Origin: Scyliorhinus canicula
Taxonomy: Eukaryota
Assembly (NCBI RefSeq): GCF_902713615.1
Contig: NC_052149.1
Coordinates: forward strand, 117,975,930 to 118,039,929
Reading direction: 5' to 3'
Length of the DNA: 64,000 bases
A program made the position numbers and the translations under genes. The notes under the pieces are model-generated. The model was given only the letters and a program-made list of their open reading frames with translations, searched no databases and was not told the DNA's origin. Of the stretch, positions 50,991-63,335 are shown one piece after another. The stretch's first letter is position 1. The number at the start of each line of letters is the position of its first letter.

Positions 50991-51681
50991 TCCACTATGT
51001 GTTGTCTTTTTAATGCAACTTGGCGACAGTCTAATTCAATGATAATCTCTTTTTGTACTCGCTTTGTATGATACATTGTTTAAATTAGGGAGCAGCAGTC
51101 TCCTCAAAGGCAGGGTTCAGGTATCACTGACAAGACATCAGATTTGAGAAATCCAAACAAAACCTTTAATGACACGTCATGAAATAAGCATCTGGCTTCG
51201 ATACAAAGTGGGTGGTTTCCATGGTAATGATAAACAAACTCTTTTCCAACTGTCTGATATCATTACATTCCCACACTACACGCCTGACTTTTTCTTCATG
51301 CTTTCATGATAATTTTTCAGGTTCTGAATAACATGAATAACAAACCGAGCAACTTCTCTGATAAATTAAAGCCAATAATAATCAACATTTGATTATTTCT
51401 TTTACACAGGTCAAGGTTCCAGGAGTTAACGTTTTCTCACTTCTTGAGAGTACATTTTGTTGTTTGAGGAATTATAAGCTGATCTTCTTGGTTCAACACA
51501 AACACATGGAAATCTCCATGCTGCTTTTTAAAAAAAGTTGAGTTTAACAATTTCACGTTTCCATTTCAAAGCCCTCGAATGTGTTGTCACCTCTCAGATC
51601 TGTGTCCATCTTTCCCAGAAGTCCATGTCTGAATCTGTTCAATCATGTTTCCATCACTGCACCAGAACAGAAACTGCTTTT

Positions 51682-51910
51682 ATAGAATCATAGAATTCAC
51701 AGTGCAGGAGGCCATTCGGCCCACTGAGTTTGCACTGGCCCTTGGAAAGAGTATCCCACCCAAGCCCACACCTCCACCCTACCCCTGTAACCCAGCAGCC
51801 CCACCCAATCTTTTTGGACACTAAGGGTAATTTAGCATGGCCAATTCACCTAACCTGCACATGTTTGGACTGTGGGAGGAAACCGGAGCACCCGGAGGAA
51901 ACCCACGCAC
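51682..51910 (-). mobile_element. 5'-truncated HE1 SINE
   Basis: Tail and core match. Confidence 0.85.
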
Positions 51911-51954
51911 GACATTCACATCACAAATTATATCTTATGTGACTGTGACCAAAG

Positions 51955-53045
51955 TAAATTTTTCCAATTCATTCTTCTCGACTTTCTGCAGCCCTTGATA
52001 CAGTTGACCACATGATCCTCCTCTAACGCCTCTCCAGTTTGATCCAGCTGAGTGAGATTACTCTCACCTGGTTTCACTCTTGTCTGTCTATCTAACCATA
52101 GCCAGAGAATCACTTGCAGTGGCTTCTTTTTCTGCTGCCATACTATTACCAGAGGTAACAATGATTTATTCTTGGCCCTCTCCAGTCTCTCACCTTCATG
52201 CTGCCCCTTGGCAACACCATCCAAAGCACAGCCTTAGTTATCACATGTACGGCCATGACGAGTTCTCATTCACCACAACCTCTCCAGACTCTTCCACTAT
52301 TGCTATATTATCAGACTACTGATCCAACATCCAGTACTGGATGAGAAGTTTCCTCCAATTAGAAATCAGTAAGGCTAAATCTATTGTTTTCGTACTGCTC
52401 CCAACACTGCTCCTTACTACTGACTGCATTCCTCTCTCTGGCAACAGTCTGAGACTAATGCAGTAGGGTGGCATTTTAGGTGTCTTATTTGACCCCCTCA
52501 AAATTCATATTCGTGCAATCAAGAAGACTACCTATTTCCACCTCCATAACATCACTCGGCTTCACCTCTGTCTCAGCTTATCTGCTGCTGAAACCCTCAT
52601 TCACATCTTTGTTCTCTCGAGACTTGATTATTCCAAAGCAACTCTGCTGGTTGCTCACATCCTATGCTGAATAAACTTGAGGTCATCCAAAACTCTGCTG
52701 CTCATGTCTTAACTGACACCAGGTCCTGTGCACCTTTCACCCAGTGCTTGTTAACCAGTCAAATAGCATCCTGATTTTAATATTCTCCTTGCTTTCAAAT
52801 TCCCCCTGCATGACCTCGCTCCGCTTTTACCTCTGTAATTTCCTCCAGACCCACAACCTTTCAAGAAATATCTGCACTCCTCTAATTCTGGTCTCTTGAC
52901 CATGCCTGATATTAATCGCACCACATTTGGTCATGTGCCCAAATATCTCAGGTGCTTATGTCAAATTTTGTTTATAATGCTCCTGTGAAGTGCCAGGGGA
53001 TTTTTTTTTAACATTAAAGGCGCTATACAAATATACGGTGTTGTT
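51955..53045 (+). mobile_element. Degraded L2 LINE 3' fragment
   Basis: ILLDFSAALDTVDH-like and SRLDYS remnants; tail aaaggcgctatacaaat..tgttgtt. Confidence 0.8.
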
Positions 53046-53129
53046 TATGGCTTTGTGGACAATGGGTGGATTACTGTACATAACACAGAGTTTGGTTGGG
53101 GGAGGGCAATGGTACTAGGAAATTACAGA

Positions 53130-53700
53130 GATAGGAAGGAATGAAGCTTATAGGCAATTACACAAGGAGAAGTATTTTAAATTTGAGGAGTCGAGGCTGT
53201 ATTCTAGGTTGCAGATACATGATCAGAGGTGTGGGATGGTATAGTTAGCAGATTTTTGGATGTCATTTCCCAATTATTAAGGCTGTAAAATCAACTAGGA
53301 CGGTATTGCAACAGCTGAAACTGGAGGTTGAAATGGATGAGGATTTTGGCAGCAAACGGGCTGAGCTGTGGAAAAGTTCAGCACTGTGACAGAGATGAAA
53401 ATCAGCAGTTTCTGAGAAAATATGGGCATGACATTTCAGCTCAGGGTTGAACAGGGCACTGAGTTTGCAAACAGTTTGGTTCAAAACTGAGGCTGTAACC
53501 AGGAGCAAAGTGCAAATCGATAGCAACAGTCGGATTGTGGCAGAGACCCAAGATGATGATCATAATCTGCCCACGGTTTAAAGAGAGGAAATTGCAGTTT
53601 TTTCAAGATTAGATGTCAGAGAAGCAGTGTGACAAGAGAAAGACAGCAGGAACTTTGAAAGAGGTGATGAAGTAGTGGAGTTGGATATCAATAATAGAAA
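53130..53700 (-). mobile_element. Very old L2-like fragment
   Basis: Faint reverse-complement similarity to about 52280-52700. Confidence 0.5.
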
Positions 53701-53728
53701 TGTGGAGAACAATTCAAAACCAAAGTCC

Positions 53729-54025
53729 CATAGAATCGCTACAGTGCAGGAGGCCATTCAGTCTATCGAGTCTGCACCAACCCTCCGAAAGAGCACCCTA
53801 CCCAGGCTCACTCCTCCGCCCGATCCCAATAACCTCACCTAACCTACACATCTTTGGACACTAAGGGGCATGGCGAATCCACCGAACCTGCACGTCTTTG
53901 GGCTGTGGGAGGAAATCCACGCAGAAGTGGTGAGAACGTACAAATTGCACACAGACAATCACCCAAGCTCGGAATTGAACTCGGATCCATGGTGCTGTGA
54001 GACAGCAGTTCCATCATGCCGCCCC
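53729..54025 (-). mobile_element. Degraded HE1 SINE
   Basis: Tail-to-head match. Confidence 0.8.
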
Positions 54026-54075
54026 AAGTTTATTTGTCACACAAACAACTTGCTGTATTTACTAAATTAGCAATA

Positions 54076-54776
54076 TTCAAATTCCTAGGGGTGCACATCA
54101 CCAAAAATCTATCCTGGTCCACTCATGTCGACGCTATCACCAAGAAAGCACAACAGCGCCTTTACTTCCTCAGGAAACTAAGGAAATTTGGCATGTCCAC
54201 ATTAACCCTTACCAACTTTTACAGATGCACTATAGAGAGCATCCTCTCGGGCTGCATCACAGCCTGGTATGGCAAATGCTCGGCCCAGGACCGCAAGGAA
54301 CTTCAGAGAGTCATGAATACCGCCCAGTCCATCACACGAACCTGCCTCCCATCCATTGATTCCATCTACACCTCCCGCTGCCGGGGGAAAGCAGGCAGCA
54401 TAATCAAGGATCCCTCCCACCCGGCTTACTCACTTTTCCAACTTCTTCCATCGGGCAGGAGATTCAGAAGTCTGAGAACACGGACGAACAGACTCAAAAA
54501 CAGCTTCTTCCCCACTGTCACCAGACTCCTAAATGACCCTCTTATGGACTGTCCTCATTAACACTACACCCATGTCTGCTTCATCTAATGCCAATGCTTA
54601 TGTAGTACATTGTACATATTGTGTTGCCCTATTATGTATTCTCATGTATTTTCTTGAATTCTGTTCAATTCCCTTTTCTTCCCATGTACTGAATGATCTG
54701 TTGAGCTGCTTGCAGAAAAATACTTTTCACTGTACCTCGGTACACGTGACAATAAACAAATCCAATCCAATCCAAT
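54076..54776 (+). mobile_element. Young 5'-truncated Rex1/Babar LINE
   Basis: Open frame from FKFLGVHIT to RLKNSFFPTVTRLLN, then 3' UTR and (AATCC)n tail. Confidence 0.92.
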
Positions 54777-55041
54777 CTGGAATATAGTAAATTTTGCAAG
54801 AGAATAAACTCAAACTGCAGATAATATCAACCTTGAACTTGTTTCCATATTTTTATGAAAATGGAACGCATTCTGGTTGCTATCGCTGCTCGTAAACTAA
54901 TCATTGAGAGTTCCGTGAGGCAGCAATGGTAACCACTGCACCACCATGCTACCCCTTACCTGCAGAAATTTTTGCAGTTTTATGAATCTAATCATGAAGA
55001 TTGAGTTGGTCAAAAGCATAAAGCTTCTACTGTTCCTTTCA

Positions 55042-55302
55042 AACTGAAGTTGGAAATTTACAAGCACAACTCTTCACACGTTCCCCTCAAAGAGGATATA
55101 GAATGGTACTCGGTACTTATTCTCATTTCACCTATTCAGGTGTAATATACCTTGTAAAGAACAATGCATCATTGTTTACATGTATCAATGTTTTAGTTGG
55201 CTTCTTTGTTTTTCTTCTATACTTTAAGTGCCGAGTACCATTATACATCCTCTTCAAGGAGAACCTGTGAAGAGTTGTGCTTGTAAATTTCCAACTTCAG
55301 TT
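55042..55302. repeat. Inverted repeat: 78-bp arms, 105-bp spacer
   Basis: 55042-55119 versus the reverse complement of 55225-55302: 71/78 identical by hand alignment, no gaps. Confidence 0.93.
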
Positions 55303-56572
55303 ATGCTCATTTCACTGCAATCACTTCCTTAAATCACCTTTTCATTTCAACAGCAGTCCCTTCTAGTCAATAATTGCATTATAGCATGTGCCTGTGCGGT
55401 TCAAAAACAGAATATTTACCTGAAATATTGAAACCTTTTTCACAACTGATATTATGGAACTGTTTCCAACATAAGACCTGAAATGTAGTATTTGTTACTC
55501 ATATATTTGTCACCAGAACCCTATACTTAATATTCACCATTTAGAAATCTGCAGACAGGCCAAAAGTTCAGCTCTTCAAGGATTCAATTCTTCAGCTGGA
55601 TCTTGGTGTTATAATAAACACAAAGTCCTTACTTAAAACACCTGGTGACAGCCAAGTGCAGCATTACGTTTTCATGCTGCTTAAGTACAAACTATCTTCC
55701 AAGAACAATCAACAGCTGTTATCAATAAAGGGGGTGGGGGGGGTGAAATCAACATTGGAATCTCTCTTTATCCTCCAATAAAATACCAATTCATCAGTGC
55801 CGAGAATAGTGCAGAGGAGTTACCTTGACATGAAGTGCTGTTCTGAGTGAGGAATTTTCTTGTGGAGGAAAATAATCCATGAGTAATCTCATTTAATACA
55901 ATAACATTTCCTCAGTGTTACAATCCACATTATTCATGCTTCAATCTTTTGATTCCTAGTTTTAAACTTGCCATTATATTAAACACTGTACATTTGAAAA
56001 CAATCATTAAGATAATTTCTTAGTTACTTGAATCAAAATGTTTCTTGAAAACACCATATAAATGCCCCTGAAGATCAGTGGAGGAAGATACAGGACAACA
56101 GAATAAGGCGCCCAATATTTGTTAATGGGTAATCGCACTCATCAGAATCCTCTCACAAGCCCACAAAAACTGGATTCGGCAAATGTTCCCCACTCCTACA
56201 TTTGATCTATTGTCGGTAACATTTTGTACAGAATGTGAAAGTTCCATTTCACATCCAAACATGGAGAATGGTGTTTTAGCAGCAACATATAGCGAGAGTA
56301 CATTTGGAAAGAAAATCCAGCAGAAACAATTCCTAAGCAGACGTTCCAATAGCAGAAACTTGGGTGCACAAGATTGAAATATTTACAACTATGAGAAAAT
56401 TCACATGACAGTAGCAATACTGTATTTCAATCTCTGCTGCATTCTAAAGTGGTCATGGTCTACTTTGATCCAAAACCTCACATTATGCTGACAATACAGG
56501 TCTCCAGGGAATATTATTTCAGATTTCAAACAGGTTGTAAATTGTTATACTTCAGTTAAGTCACTCATTGAC

Positions 56573-56794
56573 AGAGTAGCATGGTGGCGCAGTGGTTAGC
56601 ACTGCTGCCTCATGGCACCAAGGATCCGGGTTCGATCCCGGCCCCAGGTCATAAGCCGCCTTTGCATATTCTTCCCATGTCTGCTTGGGTTCCACTTCTA
56701 CAACACAAAAAGATGTACAGGGTAGGTGGATTGGCCAAGCTAAATTGCCTCTTAATTGGAAAAAAAATAATTGGGTACCCTAAATTATAAAAAA
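56573..56794 (+). mobile_element. Short A-tail SINE
   Basis: TSD AAGTCACTCATTGAC (56558-56572 / 56795-56809). Confidence 0.9.
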
Positions 56795-57254
56795 AAGTCA
56801 CTCATTGACTAAACTTGTCGAAGTATCTTTCGGGTGGTAACATAAATTATCGTCCTTGAGACTAATATATTGAGCAGAAAGGCAGGCCATCTATCCAATT
56901 CACGAAGAATGCCAAAACGGCACCCTAAATATTCAACACATCTATTGTCAAAGGCTGAAAATGCAGCAAATATCCATTTCAAGAGCGGTCTTATAGCTGA
57001 TGGGGAATCAGTCTGGTAATAGGAACGGTCACACCAGTCAAATTACCCTTTGTCAAAAGGCCAAAGAAAATTTGACATTGTGAATTAATTAAAATTCATT
57101 TTTTACGTTATTTTCTGCTCAAAACCAATAGTTCAGGATATCAATCAATGAATAGGACAGAACAAGCCAGAAAATAATCAATCAAGCATGTGATTTTACG
57201 CAAGGAGATCCTGGAAAAGTACAAGTTACAGTAGTAAACAGTGAAAACTCACTA

Positions 57255-57812
57255 TGAGGGGCTCCCTGGGCCTTTCCGCACAACTCCCTAAAGAACCACG
57301 TAGGGCACCCCGGCCTGATTGTCCATGGCATGGAAAATGCCAGCTTGGTACCCTGGCAGTACAACCTGGACACCTTGGCAGTTCCAGGCTGGTACCCAGG
57401 TGGCACTGCCAGGGTGCCACCCTGCCCAAAAAGCATGCACCTGGGGGCCTACGATCCCTGGGAAGTCCCCCATAAGTGTCTTTCTGTCTGGTCCCCATTT
57501 GTGGAGACCAGTGCTGAGCGGCACTCGCCCGAGATCTCCGAGGTAAAAGGGATAGGTCCCAGCGCCTTGGGTGCCTCAGGAAACTGCATATTCGAATGAG
57601 ACTAGGTGTCTCACTCTAATATGCAGATTTGCCAAAAAGTGATCCCGTCCACAATGGGCGATCGCAACACCTCATAAGATCTAATGAGATCTCGTGAGCC
57701 ATTGCAAGCCGGGTAGATCCTGAGAGCATGGTCTCCCGGCTTCTATCGGCCACGATGCGCCGCATGCGGCACTCGCTTTTCAGGCACAGCGTGGCCGTTC
57801 AATCACTCCCCC
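57255..57812. mobile_element. Unclassified GC-rich repeat, possibly a Harbinger-derived MITE remnant
   Basis: Sharp GC shift; internal inverted motifs GGTACCCTGGCAGT / ACTGCCAGGGTGCC; right end ttcaatcactccc. Confidence 0.4.
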
Positions 57813-58369
57813 CATATTCATGACTTTTGTGATGTGGAAAGAAATGCTATAAAAATGAAAGACAAAGAAACATTGACTAAATCTGCATGAGACCCTGCAT
57901 GGAGCAGTATTTTAGAGTCAGAAATTCTACTCGAGTCAATTGTGCAAACTGCCAAGCGTCTCCAAGTAGAGTGCAAGATAACTTCTGAGAAAACTGATGC
58001 AGAACAAATATTTTGAGGAATTTCTATGGACTCACCAGCCTGCCTCCATGGTGAGTTTACATATAACAGAGGCAGGGGAAGATAAGATAAGTCAATTCTT
58101 GGCTTGCTTGCAGAATTTGTAATTTGTCTTTGAAATTCAACAGCTTTCTCTAGACTTTGGCTAAAAGATGAACATTTCCCAAAGACGAGGCGATGACCAT
58201 TATTTTTCCAATTACAAGAACAGAGTCAAATAGCAACCTCATTAACATATCAAATGATGCAAACATCTCAAGAGTCTTCCAGTGACACAGCACCGAACGT
58301 CTCGACCCATCATTTTCACCTATTTTTAATTCACAGGTGAGCCTATTAGGTCCTCACATTCAATGTTAC

Positions 58370-58781
58370 TGTCGTATTAGTCACCCTGGAGTAACACGAA
58401 CTGCAACTGGATGCAGTTGTACTGGAAAATAGACTCCAAACGATGAAGTTCGTTCAATACGTTTTATTGAACCTGTTAAGCAGTGCACACAGTTCGCTGT
58501 GGGTTTTACACTCTACTAACCTAAGTGTGCTTACTATAACTAACTAGACCAGACTAGCTGAGCCACGTGCAGAAGGTGCTGATATATACACCCTGACTGT
58601 CACTACAGTTGTCACCAGTGGAAAGAGGCAGAGTGCTGATGCCTCGTATGTTTTATAGTGGGAAACCCTCTTCCAGTGTTCTGCCTGGTGATTGGTGTTC
58701 TGTCCTGTGTTGATTGGCTGTATTGAGTGTCTGTCATTGCCTGTCTGTATCTCATTATGTGCACAAGTGCATATTATGACA
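58370..58781 (-). mobile_element. Solo LTR (412 bp), Gypsy- or BEL-type
   Basis: Termini TGTCGTA...TATGACA, exact 5-bp TSD GTTAC (58365-58369 / 58782-58786), minus-strand AATAAA at about 58463. Confidence 0.88.
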
Positions 58782-59059
58782 GTTACATTTTTGCTGATGA
58801 TTTCAGTTCTCACTGCATCGTCGAAAAAAAATCAAGAGGTTCAAACTCGCCATGCTTAGTCTTTAAATGCCTTTGAAGTTTGAGGGTTTTAAACTTTCAT
58901 TTGCCAGTAGTTTCCTGTGTATAAGACACATGAGCTTTGCATCTTGATTTGTAGTGGCAAACTTAATAAACCCATACCTCAAGAAATATCATCTTGATAC
59001 GGCTTTGTTCCTGATTCAGCTTCTTCTTAATGGGTTGTTCACCAGAGACCCTGGAGCTC

Positions 59060-59461
59060 ACACCAGCACTGCTGGCAGCTACAAAATGGAGGAATCTCTC
59101 TCACGCCCAGAGCACATGACGTCAATGTCCAGGGCACAGGACCTGCTTTCTGTTGCCGCTTCTGGAGAGAAGATTTTTAAAAGATTTTTTTAAAAAAAGA
59201 ATCTGCTCCTGGGTCAGCGCGCTGAGGTTAGAAGGAGGCGGTCTGCCTCGCTGGGCTCCTGGCCTGCGCACGGCTAAGGGGGCAAGCATGCGCTGGACAG
59301 CCGGTGTTCTGAACGCTGGCCCTGGCCGGCATTTTTAAAAGGTCTCGGCCGTTGGGCACTTCTTCCTGCGATCAGGAATGCCGCGACTGATGGCCCCGCA
59401 ACCCTCCCGACACCCGCCGCGAACCATCCATGGGTTGTGACCCCGATTTTGAAAATTACTG
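59060..59461. mobile_element. hAT-like non-autonomous element remnant
   Basis: Right end tgggttgtgacccc..tttgaaaattactg resembles Charlie/MER5-type termini; left end not found. Confidence 0.4.
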
Positions 59462-59973
59462 CCAGAAACAGTACTCAGCAGGGCAGCTTGGCCTGTAACT
59501 GCAACCTTTCAACAAGATGCAGGAACAACCTGCAGCAAATTAATACAAAACAGCAAGAAACAAAGTGAGTCTCAGTTTCTTTAAATGGTTGTATTCAGTT
59601 AAATGATCAGAATTATTTCATAGGTGAATTATGCAACAAAGCAACAAATCCAGATTAAACAGGAAATTAATTTAATGCACTTTTGGGAAGTGATTTAAAG
59701 GATTATTGATCGATGTTCTTCTTAATAAGAAAAACAAACTTCATAAAATCAAGAATCATGATCCTTTTTGTTTATTTCTTTCGTTATTGATGTGGTTTCT
59801 CACTTATTTCCTTGACTTTTTTTTCAGCTGGCAGCTGTCCAGTTTCCTGCTACTTTCACTTCTTTGACATGTATCTTTTGTTTCTTGTTCAATCACTACT
59901 CCCCTGGCCTTGCACCTTGAAACCTTTAATCACTCCTGCCCTCCACCTTTGTTCCTATTCCCGGCCTCACTCC

Positions 59974-62563
59974 TTTTTTTTTAATAAACATTTTATTGAG
60001 GTTTCTTTGGTATTATAACAACAACACAATAAACAATGTATTTGAAACTATAAACATTGTGCAAAAGCCGTCTCCCTCCCTTACAGGTCCCATCTTTATT
60101 AACCTCCTACTCGAAGATAAACTAACCCCCCCACCTTCTGCAGCGATTAATTTTCCGCGAAGAAGTCGACGAACGGTTGCCACCTCCGGGCGAACCCTCA
60201 CAGTGACCCTCTCAAAGCGAACTTGATTTTCTCCAAACAGAGAAAGATAGCCATGTTTGATAGCCAGGTCTCTGACTTCGGGGGCTTTGAGTCCCTCCAA
60301 GCTAATAATATCCGTCTCCGGGCTACCAGGGAAGCAAAGGCCAGAACGTCTGCCTCTTTCTCCTCCTGGATTCCCGGGTCTTCCGACACCGCGAAAATCG
60401 CCACCTCTGGACTCCGCGCCATCCTTGATTTTAACAACGTGGACATGACATCCGCAAACCCCTGCCAAAATCCCCTAAGCTTCGGACAAGCCTAGAACAT
60501 GTGGACGTGGTTCGCTGGTCCTCCCGTATATTTTGCACACCTGTCTTCCACCCCAAAGAATCTGCTCATCCGGGCCACTGTCATGTGAGCCCGGTGAACG
60601 ACCTTAAATTGTATCAGGCTGAGCCTGGCACATGTTGCGGATGTGTTGACTCTACTCAACGCGTCCGCCCATAGACCATCCTCTATCTCTCCTCCCACTT
60701 CTCCCACTTGCGCCTCAGCTCCTCGGTCTGCGTCTCCTCTGACCCCATAAGTTCCTTGTAAATGTCAGAGACGCTCCCTTCTCCTACCCACCCTCTAGAA
60801 ATGACCCTGTCCTGAATCCCCCTTCGCTGTAGGAGCGGGATGGTTTACACCTGTTTACGTAGGAAGTCCCGCACTTGCAGATACCCAAATTTGTTTCCCC
60901 TCGCCAACCCAAACTTCTCCTCCAGCGCCCTCATACTTGGAAAGCTCCCCTCTATAAACATATCCCCCATCCTCTCAATCCCTGCCCTCCGCCATATCCG
61001 GAAACCCCCATCCATACTTCCCGGGGCAAACCGGTAATTATTACAGATTGGGGACCAGACCAATGCTCCCTCTGCTCCCACATGTCTCCTCCATTGCCCC
61101 CACACTCTCAGGGCCGCCAGCACCACGGGGCTGGGGGAGTACTGTGCCTGGCGGGAGGAGTACTGTGCCTGGCGGGAACGGCAGAGGCGCAATTACCAAA
61201 GCCCCCAAACTGGTGCCCTTACATGAAGCCGCCTCCATACGCTCCCATGCCGACCACCCCCCTCCCACCACCACCCACTTCCTGACCATGGCTATATTCG
61301 CCGCCCAGTAATAGTTACTAAAATTTGGCAGCGCCAGCCCGCCCTCTCCACAACTCCGCTCAACATTACCTTCCTTACCTGCGGGGTCTTGCCCGCCCAA
61401 ACAAAGCCAGAGATCACTTTGTTGACCCGTTTTAAAAAAGGACCACGGAATAAAGATGGGGAGGCATTGAAACACGATCAGGAATCTCGGGAGGACCGTC
61501 ATCTTCATCGTCTGTATCCTCCCAGCTAATGACAATGGGAGCGTGTGCCATCTCCGAAAGTCCTTCATTTGGTCTACTCATCGGGCCAGATTTAATTTAT
61601 GCAACCAGTCCCATTCCCGCGCCACTTGAATGCCTAGGTACCTCAAGCTTCCGCCTACTAATCTAAACGGCAGCTCCCCCAATCGCCTCTCCTGTCCGCC
61701 CGCCTGGACCGCAAACATCTCACTTTTCCCCATATTTAGCTTATACCCCGAAAACCGGGATAATTCCCCTAGAATCCTCATGATTTCTTCCATCCCCTCT
61801 ATTGTGTCCGATACATACAGGAGCAGGTCGTCTGCATAGAGCGAGACTCTGTGCTCCACACACACACCCCCCCCCCTAAACCCCCCCCCCCCCCCCCCCC
61901 TGAGGCTCTCAGAGCAATTGCCAACGGCTCTATAGCTAGCGCGAACCGAACAACAGTGGGGAGAGGGGGCATCCCTGTCTCGTCCCCCGGTGCAGTCTAA
62001 AATAGTTTGATTTGTCCTATTTGTCTGTACACTTGCCACAGGAGCCTGATACAGCAACCTGACCCAGTCAATAAAGCCTCACCCAAATCCGAACTGTCCC
62101 AGTACCTCCCACAGATAATCCCAAAATATACGGGAGGACCAGCGAACCACGTCCACATGATCTACCCGATCAAAAGCCTTTTCTGCATCCATTGCGATCA
62201 CTACCTCCACCTCCCTACCTTCTGGGGGCATCATGATCACGTTTAACAACCTTCTTACATTGGCCACCCAACTGCCTACCCGTAACGAACCCCGTCTGGT
62301 CCTCCCCAATAACGTCCGGAACACAATCCTCAATCCTGGAGTACAAAATTTTGGCCAGCAGTTTGGCATCCACATTCAACAGGGATATCGGCCTGTAGGA
62401 CCCACACAGCTCCGGGTTCTTGTCCCACTTCAGAACCAGCGAAATCGTGGCCTGTGACATCATCGGGGGCAGCACCCCTCTTTCCCTTGCCTCATTGAAC
62501 ATCCTCATCAACACCAGCGCCAATATCCCAGAGAAAGTTTTATAAAACTCCACTAGGTACCCG
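59974..62563 (-). mobile_element. 5'-truncated L1-clade LINE (ORF2 RT and C-terminus, poly-A)
   Basis: SYRPISLLNVDAK, DAEKAFDRV, SLYADDLLLY, GGLALPNF and NHVHMF; T-run at 59974; several frameshifts. Confidence 0.93.
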
Positions 62564-63252
62564 CCTTCAGACCCTCCACTATCTCTTCTCACTCCGTTCT
62601 TTAATCAAACCCTGTTTCTAACTTTCCCCAGTTTTTATGAAAAGTCACAAATTGGAAATACTAACTCACTCTCTCCAATGATGCTGCCTGAACTGCTGAG
62701 CATTCTCTGTTTTTATTACAAGAATCCAGTTTATAAGAATATACTAGTCTTGTTGTAAAAGCTGAACATAAAGGGATTGGGTCACTCAATAGATCAACAT
62801 ACTGTTCTTCCGACAGTGGAACCTAGGTCATCCACATTCCAGATGAATGTCTTCAAAACCCATGTCCTGTGCAAAATTGCTGCAGAGAATTTCAATCCAC
62901 TTCCTATTCATTAAGGGGCCGCAACACAAAACTTGTCTCAATCCAGCATGAAAATAGATGCAGGCACTCAGTTGGAGTTCCCAACACTTCCACTTTGAAA
63001 TAGGCAATTGTTGCTATTCATGGTTCAATCCCAGTTTGCATGTTGCGCGCATTGCCTGGTCGTACTTATGCTGGCGTGGCTTGCAACCAAACTGTGCTGT
63101 TTGAGCCGTGCAAGTCTTCACTATCAGAAATGAAGGACTTCCTTAGCAATTGTGAGGTTGAGAACACCAGAGCCAATAAAATCACCTGGAAACTCCACAA
63201 TTCCTAAAACAACAACTGGGGAAGGGAGACAGCAATTCAAACTAGTACAAGA

Positions 63253-63335
63253 GATCTTACAACACCAGGTTAAAGTCCAACAGGTTTGTTTCGAATCACT
63301 AGCTTTCGGAGCACTGCTCCTTCCTCAGGTGAATG
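63253..63335 (-). mobile_element. Penelope-like terminal repeat fragment
   Basis: Minus strand CACCTGAGGAAGGAGCAGTGCTCCGAAAGCTAGTGATTCGAAACAAACCTGTTGGACTTTAACCTGGTGTTGTAAG. Confidence 0.75.
63296..63332 (-). ncRNA. Minimal type I hammerhead ribozyme motif
   Basis: UCAC-CUGAGGA-A-GGAGC(AGU)GCUCC-GAA-AGCU-A-GUGA: helix I UCAC/GUGA, 5-bp helix II, palindromic AGCU in place of helix III. Confidence 0.65.

Noticed and set aside
54016-54561. 181-aa ORF as a cellular gene (such peptides are often mis-annotated)
   Set aside because: It is the Rex1/Babar C-terminus; three copies occur in this window and the start lies in a SINE.
56122-56417. Overlapping short ORFs as an exon (also 26719-26936)
   Set aside because: No recognisable homology or convincing splice sites.
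61137-61177. Short direct repeats as a CRISPR-like array (also 14115-14168, 29030-29078)
   Set aside because: Plain tandem duplications without spacers in eukaryotic DNA.
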